A stretch of 64,000 nt of DNA, from NCBI RefSeq assembly GCF_021869535.1, contig NW_026262745.1, forward strand, positions 48,298,001-48,362,000, given 5' to 3'. The DNA comes from Mytilus californianus. Lineage: Eukaryota. Below are positions 1 to 13,919 of the stretch, in pieces. Below the pieces are notes generated by a model that had not been told where the DNA came from, did not search any database, and saw only the letters and a list, made by a program, of their open reading frames with translations. A program made the translations under genes and the position numbers. The stretch's first letter is position 1. The number at the start of each line of letters is the position of its first letter.

Positions 1-297
1 GGCCAACAAGTAGATTAATAACATTTTCAATTTGCTATATTATCAAAACATTTGAAAAATTTCCGTGGAGCCATGTGTTTTGCCTACATTTGAAATTATG
101 AAAAATAATATCAAAATTTCACGACAACAGACATTATCTCATAGCAAAAAAAGCTTCTGACAAAGTTTAAAACATTCTTCGAAGTTTTATCAAAGTTATT
201 AATGCCTAAAAAACTTTAACCCAAAAAATTAGAGGCGCGGCAGATACCAAGGGAACATTAAAAACTCATAAATTCAAGAAAAACTGACAACACCATG

Positions 298-1325
298 ACA
301 ACTAGAGGCTCTAGAGAGCCTGTGTCGCTCAACTAGGTCACCGTGCATCTTTAACATGACACTCTACAACATTGTGGACTAGAATAGAATTCATGACAAA
401 AATATCTCATTTTTGTTTATCTTGTGTTGCTGGTATTGTTTCCGCTAAGCGCTAAACAAAAACAATTATAAAAAGTACATTACATGCATTCGTGGTCGAT
501 AGTACGTCCTTGCATAAAACATTGATCCTTATGTATGATAACGAAAACAGTTACTTAAAAATCTATATCTAGTCACAACAAAATGAGTATATTTTCAAAA
601 AATCGGATTTCGGTCTGCTGTCAATCGAATAGTGGTTATGGTATATTTGCGTCTATATATAAAAAGAGGTAGAGTTTTCCATACTTTGCCAAAATACTAT
701 AACTTCAAACCCATAATAAATAGTATGGCTTTTAAAGCTTAAGTTTGTGAAAAATTATCAGATTTTGTATAAGGATTATACATGGAAAAGGTACCTTTTT
801 TTGAATAAAATTAAAACTGAACGATAGAGGTTTATATAGACGATTTCAGAATTGTTACTTTATTGTAGATCTTGTCTTGCTGGTCAAATTGCTGTTTAAA
901 ATTCCTCTCTATTATAGTTTTTAAGATAAAAGAGGAAAATGCAAAAAAATGGTAAAAATCGTCATTAAAGGGCAATAACTCTTATAAAAAGGAGTATGAC
1001 AGTTTTGGTGTAAATGGACAATAGGTAGACCTTAATGTCATGAACATTTCTACACCAGTTTTCAAGATAATAGCCAAAACTTGCATTTTACCCAATCTTC
1101 TATTTTTAGTGATGGCGACGATGTTGATTGGCAAGCAGGGTCATCGGACACATGTTTTTAAACTAGTTATCCCAATGATGGTTGTGGCAAAGTTTGGTTA
1201 ATTAAAATTTGGCCTACTGGTTTCAGAGGAGAAGATTTTTGTAAATGTTAACGGACAACGACGGACGACGGACGCTTTGATGAGAAAAGCTCACTTGGCC
1301 CTTGGGACAGGTGAGCTAAAAAAAA
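298..1325 (-). mobile_element. Helentron-associated non-autonomous element (HINE/DINE-1-like)
   Basis: The + strand starts ACAACTAG (CTAGTT on the minus strand) with hairpin AGGCTCT-AG-AGAGCCT. The far end has a GACG/GGAC microsatellite, hairpin AGCTCACTTG...CAGGTGAGCT and an A-run. It appears to interrupt another interspersed repeat (241-297 resumes after 1325). Confidence 0.7.
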
Positions 1326-4300
1326 CTGAAAACAACGAAAAGACGAACAACTACACAAAACACTATACTTATATAGAAAAGTAAAGATTGAGCAACACGA
1401 ACCCCAACAAAACCGAAGGTAAACTCAGGTGCTATGGAGTTTTTTTAAGCATCAATGAATTTGTAAACCATTGTGGAATTTTTCGAAACAATTGCTATTT
1501 TATGATAAAAAGATCATATCTGAAACAGCATTTTTGAAAATACATTTTTCTCGTTTTTCGTACTTTACTAACAGATAAACTTGGCGTTAAAGTATCCCTG
1601 GTTACACGGCAAAAGACCGCTTTGATGATTCCCGATAAAATGTCTCTAAAGGTAACTGAATCTATTTTAAAGCCTATTATCATACTATTATAAAAGTGAC
1701 ATATGCAGTAAAGTCCTATAAATTATATATGACACTGTCTATAGTTAAAACAATCTGAAACGAATAACATACCTCATTTCGATGTTGGTTGATTCCCTTT
1801 TGGACCTGTTCAGTTTGGTTAATATTTGGGTAATATATCAAGAGATCGTTTACTAACACGCAATCTGATCATTTTTTGTAAATTAAGTCCAAATCAATGT
1901 GAATAACAAGGAAGCAAAATCACGGACAAAAAAATTAGACTACGTACATAGGTCGAAAATGTAAGGTCGACTTTCTAAAAACTTTCAAATGAGTCAAAGA
2001 AAATGAATTAGTCAAGTTCGACATCGATTTTTACAGAGGATGACCTTCAGGTCATTCCGATGTATTGCTATCGCCTAAATTTCCATTATGCAAATTAGTT
2101 TTGGGATTTCAACCGATCTATAAAAATTATAGATCCGCGGTCATTACAAGGGAAAAAAGTGCATTTTTATACCTGCGATTCCGTTTTCCGTTCGTACGAT
2201 GTTTCATCAAAAAATGGAATCATTTCAGTTGTTGATTTAGTACTGAAAATTTGACTGAATTATCTCCTTTTAATTACGGTTTTATATGTTTAATTGGTGT
2301 TTAAGAAAGAGGTCAGGTGCTCATGTTCATTCATAAAATTATCGTTCATTCATTCATGAATTTATCGTAAAATCAAAATCACTACACAGGTCACACAGGT
2401 TGTATACGTAATGTCAAATGATTACATGTAATCTAAAAATAAACAAACTTAACTGACTCCCCTTACTATAGTGTGTGATAACATTTTGTGAGGAAATTCG
2501 ATGTTTGCTATACCACTGTTCATTTCAACGCACTTTATGACGATACCACTTTATAGATATGAATGAAATTTTTTGCAGTGTTTTAAGAAATAATTTTACT
2601 TTAAAATCGCGTATCATTTGCTAACTATTAAATGTTTTACAAGGACGAATTTTCTGTATAAAGTCAATAATTGTGTGAACTTTTGAAGCCCAAACTTTTT
2701 ATAGCCTAAATACGCTAATGAAAGATCCGAAAACTATACCCATACAGAACGACATGTTTTTGAAATTGTAGCAAAACTTTTGGTTGACAAATTTTAATTC
2801 GTTATTGCATAAATATTAACTTGAAATATCTGTCATTTTCTCCCTACCAAGTTTACCCCCTATTACTCATTATGATGTGGACTGGACATTGTTATTGAAT
2901 CTTATGCAATTTGATTGGATTAAGTTATTATTAGATTACCTTCAAACTGTTCATGCTTTTTCGTACGAGTATATCGATTAAATCAGAGCGTGCATGAATG
3001 TGTACAGTAAATTAAATGACCTGCAAACTGGACACTGGACCAGTCCATATTACGTTTTATCAATGAATAGATTTTTTTTTTGTATTTTCCAAATTACAGG
3101 GCCCATAAAGGGCATAAAATCAGATACAATTGATTTACATAATTGGTAACAACAACAATAATAGCGGCATATGAATGAAACTTAAGGTATGAAAGGTAAC
3201 AATTGCCACTTTTTATCTTTTCACATAATTTTCCACATACACATTAGATAAATTATTTTTGATAGCCTATTGCGGAGAAAAAAGAGAAAGTTTACTGTAT
3301 TAACGTTCTATTCCATTAAATACGTCATTTTTCGCAGAAAAACATTTTATGCACGGCTACGCCAGGTAAAATTGTTGTTTATCCTAACAAAAAAATACAA
3401 TTTTCAGTTTCATTAGAATATTATAAAAATAATAAATCCCAAATTTATGTAGTCATTAGATAAAGTCCTTATATGTCCGATCTGCCTATTTTTGGACATC
3501 AAAAGACAATACGATCGTTTTAAGGTCAATTTCGTCTACCTCACACAATCTTGTTAGGCACTATAATGAAATGGACCTGAAATTTATTTCACATGTTTCC
3601 TGAAAATTGATAAATATCAAAGCAACATAGAGCTGTTTGTTCAGTCTAGTTCGTATAATGACAATTTAATGTCATGTTTGTTTGTGATGACCCCCCTTTT
3701 CGGGATTGCATCAGAATTATAGTTATCTCGTATCGCATGAGGATGACACATATCAACTGAGCAATTATGTTTGGGACTTAGTTTTAAGAAATGATGTCAA
3801 AGTAACATTATGAAAATATTTTTAGTAAGCTGAAATATATATTTATTTTTTACATGTTTATGTCTTGTAAGATATTTTATTTCTTGCCCGTTTTTCAACA
3901 TTTGCGTCTGGAAAGTTGAAATGTTTTAACTGAATGGTTAATTTAAATTAATTATGAAAATTGTTAAAATTAAATCAATAAAGGAAATTATTGCCCAGTT
4001 ACAAACACTACCAGGGGACAATCCATATTGGTTTTATTTTTTAGTTATATGTTTCAGCACATGTATAATTAACCCCAACTTTAGCCTGGTAAACTTGTTG
4101 TCTCCTTGTGAAATATAAAACATATTTAAAATGATTTCCTGCTAAAGTCTTTTATTGATATAAAGTTAAAACCGTCTTGCTTCTCACTAGTCAACACTCC
4201 TGTCCTGTCAGGTTTAATTCCTATATATATGGATGAAAAATAAAAGTCCACAAAGCATTAACATGGCAGCAATTGCTTTTACAGCCTTTAAAGCTTTGAT

Positions 4301-4699
4301 TTTTTTTTACAGAAGAGTGTCCACCATGCACTTGCACTGCACTATAATAATAGTAGAATAGAATGATTTACAAATAGATGAAAATTATATATACATGCAA
4401 CCGTAATATTAATATAATATATAACAACAAACCAGTGTATTCTCTGGAACTATTATTATATTAGTATAATAGTCTAAGGTATACTGATTTGTATCACTAC
4501 AATATAATAGTTATTACGGTGAGGTTGAATTTCCTGTCATTTATTGATCATCCAAGCAGGAACTTGTATCAGAAAAAAAATCTCTGTAAATTAACCTCAG
4601 TTTCAGGTATAGAGATGTGATCTGTTTCTGTGACATGTGCTTTTGACCATACACAAGAACCTGCGGTCATCCGATGTTCAGTACTTCAGTACTTTGATT

Positions 4700-4810
4700 A
4701 TTTATAGCCTCAGGCCGTACTTTGACCTATAATGGTTTACTTTTACAAATTGTGACTTGGATGGAGAGTTGTCTCATTGGCACTCATACCACATCTTCTT
4801 ATATCTATAA
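4700..4810 (+). mobile_element. 3' tail fragment of an abundant SINE-like repeat
   Basis: GGAGAGTTGTCTCATTGGCAxTCATACCACATCTTCTT also recurs near 13720-13825(-), 27230-27295, 33395-33440, 35690-35820, 43570-43960, 61050-61150(-) and 63950-64000. Confidence 0.65.
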
Positions 4811-6197
4811 ACTATTATAGCTTGACCAAAAAAACAAGCATCCATATGTGGTACACATGCAGATTGATCTTGATTCTTATTTTTTTTTGGGGGGGTGGGA
4901 TATCTATTCTTTATATTTCAGCACCACATATATTCTCTGTACTTTATCCCACACCCTTCTTTCTTTTATTTGTTTACCCATTATTGTACAAAAGAGCTTT
5001 TCGAGATCAATTTTAAAGTCTTCCGCAAGAAAAACTTATTTAATTGAACTTTGAAAATAAAATACACAGTAAAAATATTTCTTTGACCCCATGACCCAAA
5101 ATGTTTACTTGGGGAATTGATCCAAGTGCTTAATAATTATTTCCACAAGAAAAATCTTTCTTTTATCTCATTAAACCATAAGGTTTGCTTGGGGTATGTG
5201 TCCCTCTTTTCTTTCTGTTTTTTTTTTTGTCTCGTCTGCAAAACGATCCAACTTCCGTCATCATTGCATCGTTGGAGTCGTCGGCGTAGTCTACATTTAG
5301 ATTCAGTCTGAAGTCAGAAAACTTTAAAACATGCATGAAATCTTTGTCAAACCTTGACATAAGATCTTCTTGCTTAACAAAAAGTATCCAGGGCAAAATT
5401 TTTAAAGTATTTTTTTTAATTTCCCCGTATTTAACTAAGAAATGGACTTATTGGTTTTTTTTTACAGTTACCATATAGATTCTGTCTAAAATGATAAGAA
5501 ATCATTATCTTTGTTAATCCTTCAAGGATTTTTACGAAATTTGGTTGGAAGTTTTTTTCATAATCAAGACATGATCCAGAGAAAAACATGTTTCTAATTA
5601 TTCCGTATTTTATGGGTATCTGGTCTAAGTTTTGTTGTAGTCAATATACAGTTCGATACAGTCGTGGGAAACAGGCTTGGGTTAAAACATGAATAACTTT
5701 GTTCATATTTCATGTATATATATATATATCTTTTTTTTTGACAATGAACATTATTCTTTTATTCTGACAAACAGCAATAGCAGGCAATACTCATGTTTCC
5801 GCGGAATCCTTTACGAATTTTTAATACCGACATGTGCTGCCTCTCTATCAAAAATAGTAGTGTAGAGGGGTAGCACGTATATACTACAGGTGTTGTAAGA
5901 ATGCATTGACAGAAGCCAGAATACCAAAAATAAGGAGTAATATGTTGAAATATTTTTAGAAAAGTTAATATAGAATCTTAAACACCAACAAAAACAGGAA
6001 AAGACAAATGTGAGTCCTTAACCTCAAGCGCCTGTGCATTGAACTGATAAGTTACATGTTTTCGTGTTTAGATATAGAATCAAAATGGTTTCTTAAAGTG
6101 GGTCTTTTGAATCTTTGGCCATACATTCTGGACCATCACAATATAATAAAATAATACAATCTTCAGGATTTTTATTAATAAATCAATAACTATCAAT

Positions 6198-6606
6198 TTA
6201 TATGTTATATAGTTTATAACCGCTGAAAGTTGACCAGCTATCACCATACATGTACTGCCCAGTTTGTCCAGCTTGGATCCGTACAGATACTTTGTCGTTC
6301 TTTTTAATTTGAAGAATGACGTTCTGACTTCCCGAGGCGTGATCTGCTACACCCCGGCCGATGCATAGTTTCTAGCTATAAGGTTTTCGTTTAGAGAAAT
6401 GTAAGTGTAAAAGTTTTTGCCATAATGACATAGAACGGTCCAGGAAAAGATGTACACACCATTTGAGGGAGCTGTAAAAATCCCACTGGACTTATCGTAT
6501 CCGTTTCCTAAATTTGTTACGACTGTCTTGTATACCACGACAGATTTTGAAGGTATGTTTTGCAAAGCTGCCGAATTTTTTGCCATAAACGCAACCTTAT
6601 CTGGTC
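6198..6606 (-). CDS. C1q-domain-containing protein (C1qDC), last exon; frameshifted as assembled
   Basis: Acceptor ttttcag at 6609-6607. Reads PDKVAFMAK...VYKTVVTNLGNGYDKSSGIFTAPSNGVYIFSWTV...; a shifted frame continues VADHASGSQNVILQIKKNDKVSVRIQAGQTGQYMYGDSWSTFSGYKLYNI* (stop 6200-6198). AF...FxxxxxNxGxxYD..TGxFTAP..GxYxF...STFSG are hallmark gC1q motifs. The exon is 409 nt, one base short of an open frame. AATAAA at 6176-6171. Confidence 0.9.
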
Positions 6607-7100
6607 CTGAAAAAAAAATAAAGTTGTATGATATTATTTGATACCCGTAAATAGCAGCCAAGATTAAAACAGCGTCCTCTTCAATTTTGAGTCCTCAAAT
6701 ATTGCAACCCAGGCTGTTTAAAATCAAACAAGTATCTTTTTTTTTGAAAATCACTAATACGTTTATATTTTACGTGATTTTCGCAAAATTTCTGTATTTT
6801 TGTATCACTTATTTCAGTACATAATAGTTTCTATTATAAGTTTTTAAGTAAACTTTTTGATAAAAAGAAATGTGTGGACTATTGCAATGAAAAATCAACC
6901 CGGCGTGCACACGACACGATAACGTTCGACCGCCCTTCCTTTTCCCGAAAATTATCCCATAGAAAATAACGATTAATTACGGGACAACAGAAATTCCTTC
7001 ATTCGTACCATGAGAACGAGGGGCGAAACGCCGATCGATCTTTAATCAGATTTTAAGAACTTTCCGTGACATTTTTCAACGCACAGTAAAAAAGTAATAC

Positions 7101-7248
7101 CTGAACCTCTCCCTGTACAATCACACTTTCCATCATTTTCCTCAACGAGTTTAAGTTGGTATTGTATACTCTTCATGAGACCAGCATTCCTGGAGCAGGA
7201 TTTGTGTCCTGTCACTATAAGTGTCGGAACAACTGACAATAGAATAAT
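7101..7248 (-). CDS. C1qDC penultimate exon (end of signal peptide, short coiled-coil, CxC)
   Basis: Polypyrimidine tract plus CAG acceptor at 7251-7249. Reads IILLSVVPTLIVTGHKSCSRNAGLMKSIQYQLKLVEENDGKCDCTGRGS. The phase-1 GT donor at 7100 joins the C1q exon in frame. The ATG-bearing exon was not identified. Confidence 0.8.
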
Positions 7249-9939
7249 CTGAAATAAACTGAGAAAGAGGTGCAACTTTAATTTGTGTGTCTCATCAATA
7301 AATAAATCGTTAGTATTGTTTGTTACATGTAGGCAAAAAAATTACTACCACTTATAATTAATTAGTTAAGCTAAACCAATCGACGATCGATTATGTTTCT
7401 TATGGGTTCACTGGCAAACAATGTAAAATTCGACCCTCTAAACTGTTTCAGTAAGCGTAACACAAATGTGCTCATTTTTAGAAAATCTAGAAGTGAAAAA
7501 ATAAAACAAATATGCCCCTGGAGTCCGATTTCTATACACAAATCCACACGACAAAATTATTTTGTGAAAAACCTGCGCAAATTATTAAAATTGTGCATTT
7601 TCTCAGTTTAGACATGTCCTGATTCTGTGCTGGTGGGTCCTGTCATTGTGCTGGTGGGTCCTGATACGGTGCTGGTGATTTTTGGTAAAAAGTTTGTTCT
7701 ATTTAACACAAACGTAACAGAATCAATAAAATTGGGCAGATAATTGTATTCAATCGGATTTGTGACTCCTATCTTTACTTTTGTGCATCCATATGGCTGT
7801 TTAATAAGCGTTTTAAAAAAATAGTAACTTATATTACATAAAAGGGCAACATCTTCCGTCCAATATCAGATCTAATTAAAATAGTTCTACTTAAGATATT
7901 AAATGCCCTCAAATTGATGATTCTCTACATAATATGCTAACTAACAATTAAAAGGTGCTTGAGGTAATGCGGCATTTATAACGACAAAAAACGTTTGACT
8001 GGTTTATTTCAATTAAATATACGAGGTTAGATGATCTAACTACTGATGCCTCTAATTTCTTCCTTAATATATACGCTGTCTCCAATACATTTCGACTAGA
8101 TAAAAAAAACGACCCAGACTTGTTTATCATACATGACTGATAAAAACTGACTAGAATGGAACAAAGATGTGAACAATTACAAGTCAAAGTATGACCTTCG
8201 ACAACGAGCAAAAACCATAGCGAATGGTAGCTATAGAAATGTAAACGATTAGAAAATGAAGACTGATATAAAATACAACTTTGAAAAAAATAAAAAAAAT
8301 ATGACAGATTGCAACCATCGACAACCACTGGTTTTGGGCACTCGTGACAGGGCTTACCATGTTTGTTTGCGCTCCTTATCCCTCCCCCCCCTCAACCCAT
8401 TAAACCCCTCCTCCTTTTCTCCTTTATTGGTACATTTGTGTAACATCACAACACTTAAAACTGAGAATGGAAATGAGGAATATGCCAAAGAGCAGACAAC
8501 TTAGCAAACAAAATAATAATACAAAGACACACATTATTGAACCAGAAGTACTCGCAGCTACTGAAAGCTAGTTCAAAGTCTCATTTTCAACTAAGAGAAA
8601 AACCATGTTCTATTAGATTAAAATCTCAATCGGTACTCATCAAACAAATTTCGCAAAACTTAAGTTCACATTTTAGTTTTTGGTTTAGCAGAACTTTAAA
8701 ACTGTGCAGTAAATCTTGTGCTCACAACAGTTATTGTCATAAATATGTTTACATCAGACATTATGAAGGACATGTGGAAGATACTAAGTAGTTTTTATTT
8801 TATTGTTAACAATGTATAGAACATTTTATGTTAAAAAAATCCATATACTGTATTCATTTTGTGTGTCAATTTGTTTAGACAAAACAAAACTCAAATACTT
8901 CGAATACAAGAGAGTATTTTTTTTAAAATGAAATCATTATCTTTCGATTTCTATGCATAGTATTTATTTCAGATGATTTTTTTTTATGGGGGGGAGGGGG
9001 GGGGGGGGTAGGGGGGAGGTAAAAAATGGCAATTATCTTATCGTAAAAACAGTCGAGTACACATTTTACGTTCAAGGCGTGTTTGAGTTGATTGTGTTGT
9101 CCTGAAAACGTATAAAATAACAAAAAACGTTTGATATATCTGGCTTTAGATTCTATTTTTTATATATATATTAAGGCTACATGTTAATATAATAATACTG
9201 TGAATTCACATTATGAAAATTATATAAATGGGTGCTGTGAAATACCTTTGTTACGAGTCATTACTAAAGAGAAGGTATGTTTGAAACACAAACATTTAAA
9301 GCTTCGTGCTAATATTGCAAATATTTAACTAAAAGAGTATTTCTTACTGGTATTGTTCTTTTTTTCGTTTACTCATTTTTCACTCATTTTCACAAAAATT
9401 TAGGCATATTTTATTTTTATTCATGAAATATACTTAAAAATAGAAAATTTGTACATCGTTTACTTACTTCCTCTTAATTCTTTATCAAAATTCCTTGACA
9501 ACAGACTTTACTTTTGGATCTTTAAAATACATAACATAAAAATCTTATTTTTGTGTGTGTTATCTAGGTTATCTAGTCTTCATTCTATGCCCATCCATAT
9601 ATATTTTTAAAAAAAATAGTGTTTTATTGAACTTTCGAAAAAAAACCGACAACCTATCAGATAATGATTTTATGTTGACAGAAGGCAAATGATGCTTAAT
9701 AGCTAATGGATACATTTTTCTTTTAAAGTACAACTTTTAAATCTGCATGCATCAAATTTTTTTATCAACAATTTTAGAATTTCAAAACTATTCCAAGCTT
9801 AACAACTTTAACCGTGACCTCCCTCTCCTTTATTTAAAAAAAAAATCCGCAATATTATTGTCATCCTCGTAGTAAATACTAATATGTTACAAAGAAATTT
9901 GAAAATTTTAGCTGCTGGGGACCTATGATTCTTACACGC

Positions 9940-10148
9940 ACTCATTTGGTTGAATAAAAAGAAAAGTATCTACAGTATCGGACAAATTTGTCAGAGAAAC
10001 AATATCCAGGATGCTTAGGCTACACTGACTTTATTATCTGAACTCATTTGGTTGAATAAAAAGAAAAGTATCTACAGTATCGGACAAATTTGTCAGAGAA
10101 ACAATATCCAGGATGCTTAGGCTACACTGACTTTATTATCTGAACTCA
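9940..10148. repeat. Perfect 102-bp tandem duplication
   Basis: 9940-10041 and 10042-10143 read identical, followed by 5 more bases of a third unit. Confidence 0.9.
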
Positions 10149-10190
10149 CATGATAGTTTGCCACCGTGATCAACTTAGGTTGTGCGTGAT

Positions 10191-10570
10191 TTTCATATGA
10201 TGAAGACATAATCTTTCTATCAGTTTGAGATCTGGAGCTGGCATGGGAGTAACTGCATGCTAGTAGTCCCTTGTTAATCTATTTATCATTTTCATTTTGC
10301 TTAGTTTCTTTAGTTACCTATTCTGACAGTCACACGGACTCGGACTTCTTTTAAGCTGAGTTTTACTGTGCGTATTGCTGTGTGTTTGTTTATTAAACTT
10401 AGGATAGCGGTATAGGGGAGGGTTGAAATCTCACAAAACACGTTTAAACCCGACGCATTTTTGCGTTTGTTCAAAGTAAGGAGCATCTGACCTTTGTTAT
10501 TTTTGTATGTTTTTTTTTCATTTTAGTTTATATGTTATGGAGTTTAGTGTGACGTCCATTGAACTAGTAT
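10191..10570 (+). mobile_element. SINE-like interspersed repeat, partial copy
   Basis: Diverged reverse complement of about 48165-48540. Confidence 0.7.
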
Positions 10571-10625
10571 CCAATATCTGCTTAAATGATCTTGAATATT
10601 TGCCACTTTGACTCAAATATAAAGG

Positions 10626-10705
10626 CACAGAACCAGGACATAGGCGCACAGAACCAGGACATAGGCGCATAGAACCAGGACATAGGCGCACAGAACCAGG
10701 ACCTA
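10626..10705. repeat. 21-bp minisatellite (CACAGAACCAGGACATAGGCG) x about 3.7
   Basis: Direct reading. Related CCAGCACAGAATCAGGAC units occur at 10868-10925 and inverted at 7620-7685. Confidence 0.85.
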
Positions 10706-13700
10706 ATCACCAGCACATCGTCAGGACAATTTCGTTTGGCGAATTTGCACGACTTTTGCAATAAAAAATTGTTGTAATATTCCTCGCATGGTACTTAGGA
10801 CGTATCAGGGAAAAATTAAGCAACAGAACGGTTGTTTTATTGCCGTTCTGATATAATGTAAATAAACCCACCAGCACAGAATCAGGACCCACCAGCACCA
10901 GTCAGGACCAAATCACCAGCACAGAACGTTCTCTCGCAGGACAACCTTACCCACCGTGATCAATGACATTCTCAGTATGCTAAGCATCAAACATAAAAAG
11001 TTATGCTTTATTTTTGACAAAGTATGCAACACAACATCTTCCTTCGTGATCGAATAAGTCGAAAAACAAATTAACAGTGATTCAACAGTCATATATATAT
11101 ATATATATGATTCCGCGCTTTATATAAAATGTACTTCGGTCAACGCTTTTACACCCCAATAAAATTAAACAAAGAAGCATTCAATTCTTATAAATAAATT
11201 GTTCGAGCGTCCAAAGCGCTTTCCTGAAATTTACCTTCAACAGGAACGCTTTAACTTAAACATTTGAAAGCCAGGGATGTATAAATACGCAAAAACGTTA
11301 GGAGCTATAATCTATAACCAAAAGAGACAAAAAAAAAGAAATAGCCAAATTTATATTAAAATTTCTCTTACCGTAACTGAATGAGGTGCGAAACTTGGTG
11401 GTAAGGAATTACTGGTGCACGCAGAAGACAGCTTTGACGAATAACGATAAAATGTCTCTAGCAATAATTGAAGGAGGTGCGAAGTTAGGGGCTAAAGAAT
11501 TCCTACCCAATAGAAGTAACACACATTATCAAATATACTGTATTTTAACGCTTCATTATCTTACATGTTCTTTTATGAAGGGGATATATATGCAGTCAAG
11601 TTCCGAAAAATGGAATTTTCAAAATACTACTTTTTTATGAAAACAATCTGAAATAAAATAACATACCTCATTTTGATCTGTTGATTCTCTTTTTGGAACT
11701 GTTCAATTTCCATTTGTTTCGTTACTATTTGGGCAATATATCAAGTGTTTTCATAAACACGCAAGCTGATCATTTGTGTAAGGCAAGCTTAAATCAATGT
11801 GAATAACGAGGTAATAAACAGACGGACGAAAAATTTTAGACCATCTAGGTTGAAAATGTTAAAACATATTTACAAGGTCCTCGATTTCAGATAAGCCAAA
11901 GAAAAAATATGTAAAGTTCGACATTGGTTAATTATTTTCCCTTTTCTTAAACTAACTTGATGTGGGCCTGTTGGAGTGTATGTGCACATCTTCGGTCATT
12001 TCTAACAAATGAATACATGTGGTGAACAGATCATCTTGAAGCGACTGACCATGTGCAATGAAATAAATGGCATTATTTCATGGTGTAATGGGTTTGAATA
12101 AATTTCAAAACTTTAATGAAGTTTTACTAAATTTAGCTTTATTAAGCTGGTGTTCTTTTGGATTAATACGTTTATTCACCTGGAGTCATACAGGCGGAAA
12201 CCCAGTTGAAATAGAACAAAAGAATCGAAGCTCTTTGTTAGAGAAGGCGATAAATGCTTACTGTAATGTTTACTGTAGTAACACAAATTTTAAAAGTTAA
12301 TAGAAACAAATAAAATGACAGTTTTTTGCTAAATTACGAAATATTTTATCATAAAAACACAATTTGCCTAATTTTTCAATTGATCTATTAAATAATTAAG
12401 CAGAACAATTAGATATCAAGTCGACGACATGGGTGTCTATAAAGTTGGATCTAAAAAATGCATAAACTCCGATTTTTCTAAAAAAAATTACCACGGATGG
12501 AGAACATATCAATCTATTTGTTCCTCAATTTTTGTTTCTGCCCTTCCATTATGTGACTCAAGAAAAAATTCCAAAAAATGGGTAACAATTGCATCGAAAG
12601 ATAAAATCGAGTGCACCTTTTTATGTTAGGGCGTGTTTGAGTTGAATATTTTGTCTTGAACACGTAAAAAGCAAAAGTATTTGACACATCATCTCGCTTC
12701 AGATTCTATCAGTTTTATATATCAAGGCTACAGGTTGACTTTATAACATCGAAAATGCACAGTACTAAAAAATGCAATATATAGGTCAAGTGAAACACCT
12801 TTCTAATGAATCACAAAAACAGAGTAGGTGTGTTCGAATAGCAAATTTTTACTAAAAGTACTTGACGACAGACTTTTAATTTGGATCTTAAAAATGCATA
12901 TCTTCGAAAAAACTTCATTTTTTGTGTGTGATATCTAGGTTTTATTGTCTTCAACCACTGAAAATTTTTAGTCTGCCCTTCCACGAAATATTGAATTAGA
13001 ATTTTTTTTAAATGTTTATGAATTTTCGAAAATTCCACCTGACTACCGATCAGACAATTGTTTTAAGTTGACTGAATGCAGATAAGTACATTAACCGATG
13101 CTCATTAGCTAGTAGATACATTCATTATTTAAAATACAACTGGCATATAAGGATAGTAATGGTGCTATGCGGATAAATTTATCGGTTTTCAAGAGCTAAA
13201 TTGGCAGCGCGTCATCCCTACAATGGCTTCCATTTTTACGATTGTAAAAACAAACTGGCGTAATGGGGAGATAATTTTGACGAAGTAGAATCCTGACTGC
13301 ATATACAACCTGGCACAATGATACAACTAGTTCAACAATTTCTATTAAAAAGTAGGTCAATCCGACCTATATTTTCATCTTCATTGATATACGTTTCACA
13401 TCAGTGTTTAGATCTCAGATACTGAGCAACTTCAATCTTATAACTTACATGGTGTTGTGATGCAAATAAGAAAGTGCAGTCGCCCTTTGAAAATAGACCA
13501 TGCTTACTTACATTTTGCACTTCATTGACCTATATTAACTAAGGTTACATTCAAATCTCATGTATATGCGACCTGCAAGCATTTCCCTATGGGTACTAAT
13601 ATAACTGAGCACCTCTAATTGCTGATCATTTTCTTTACTGAAAAAAATCTTCCTTCATGAGAAACTTCAGAAAGGGAAAATTACAAAAGGAACGAATAGT

Positions 13701-13919
13701 ACGAGATTGCCCTAATGTATGAATATAAAATTAAGAAGATGTGGTACGATTGCCAATGTAATGAGACAACGCTTCACCCGAGACCAAATGACATACAAGT
13801 TAACAACTATAGGTCACCGAATGCCATTTGAGGACTTACTGGACCATGATCCCAGGAAGTCCTAAAAGGACGTCAGAGCAATCTTGGACTATACATACAT
13901 GATACATAAATTATTTAAG

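Noticed and set aside
5163-5396. ORF containing YADD (possible reverse transcriptase)
   Set aside because: No other RT motifs. The GTCGTCGGCGT stretch looks like the microsatellite region of a HINE-type repeat, so the motif is probably chance.
8988-9019. Long G-run (PPPPP ORF, G4 potential)
   Set aside because: Isolated homopolymer with no gene context; its length is unreliable in assemblies.
10626-10930. Short repeats as a possible CRISPR-like array
   Set aside because: Head-to-tail units with no unique spacers, no cas genes, eukaryotic context.
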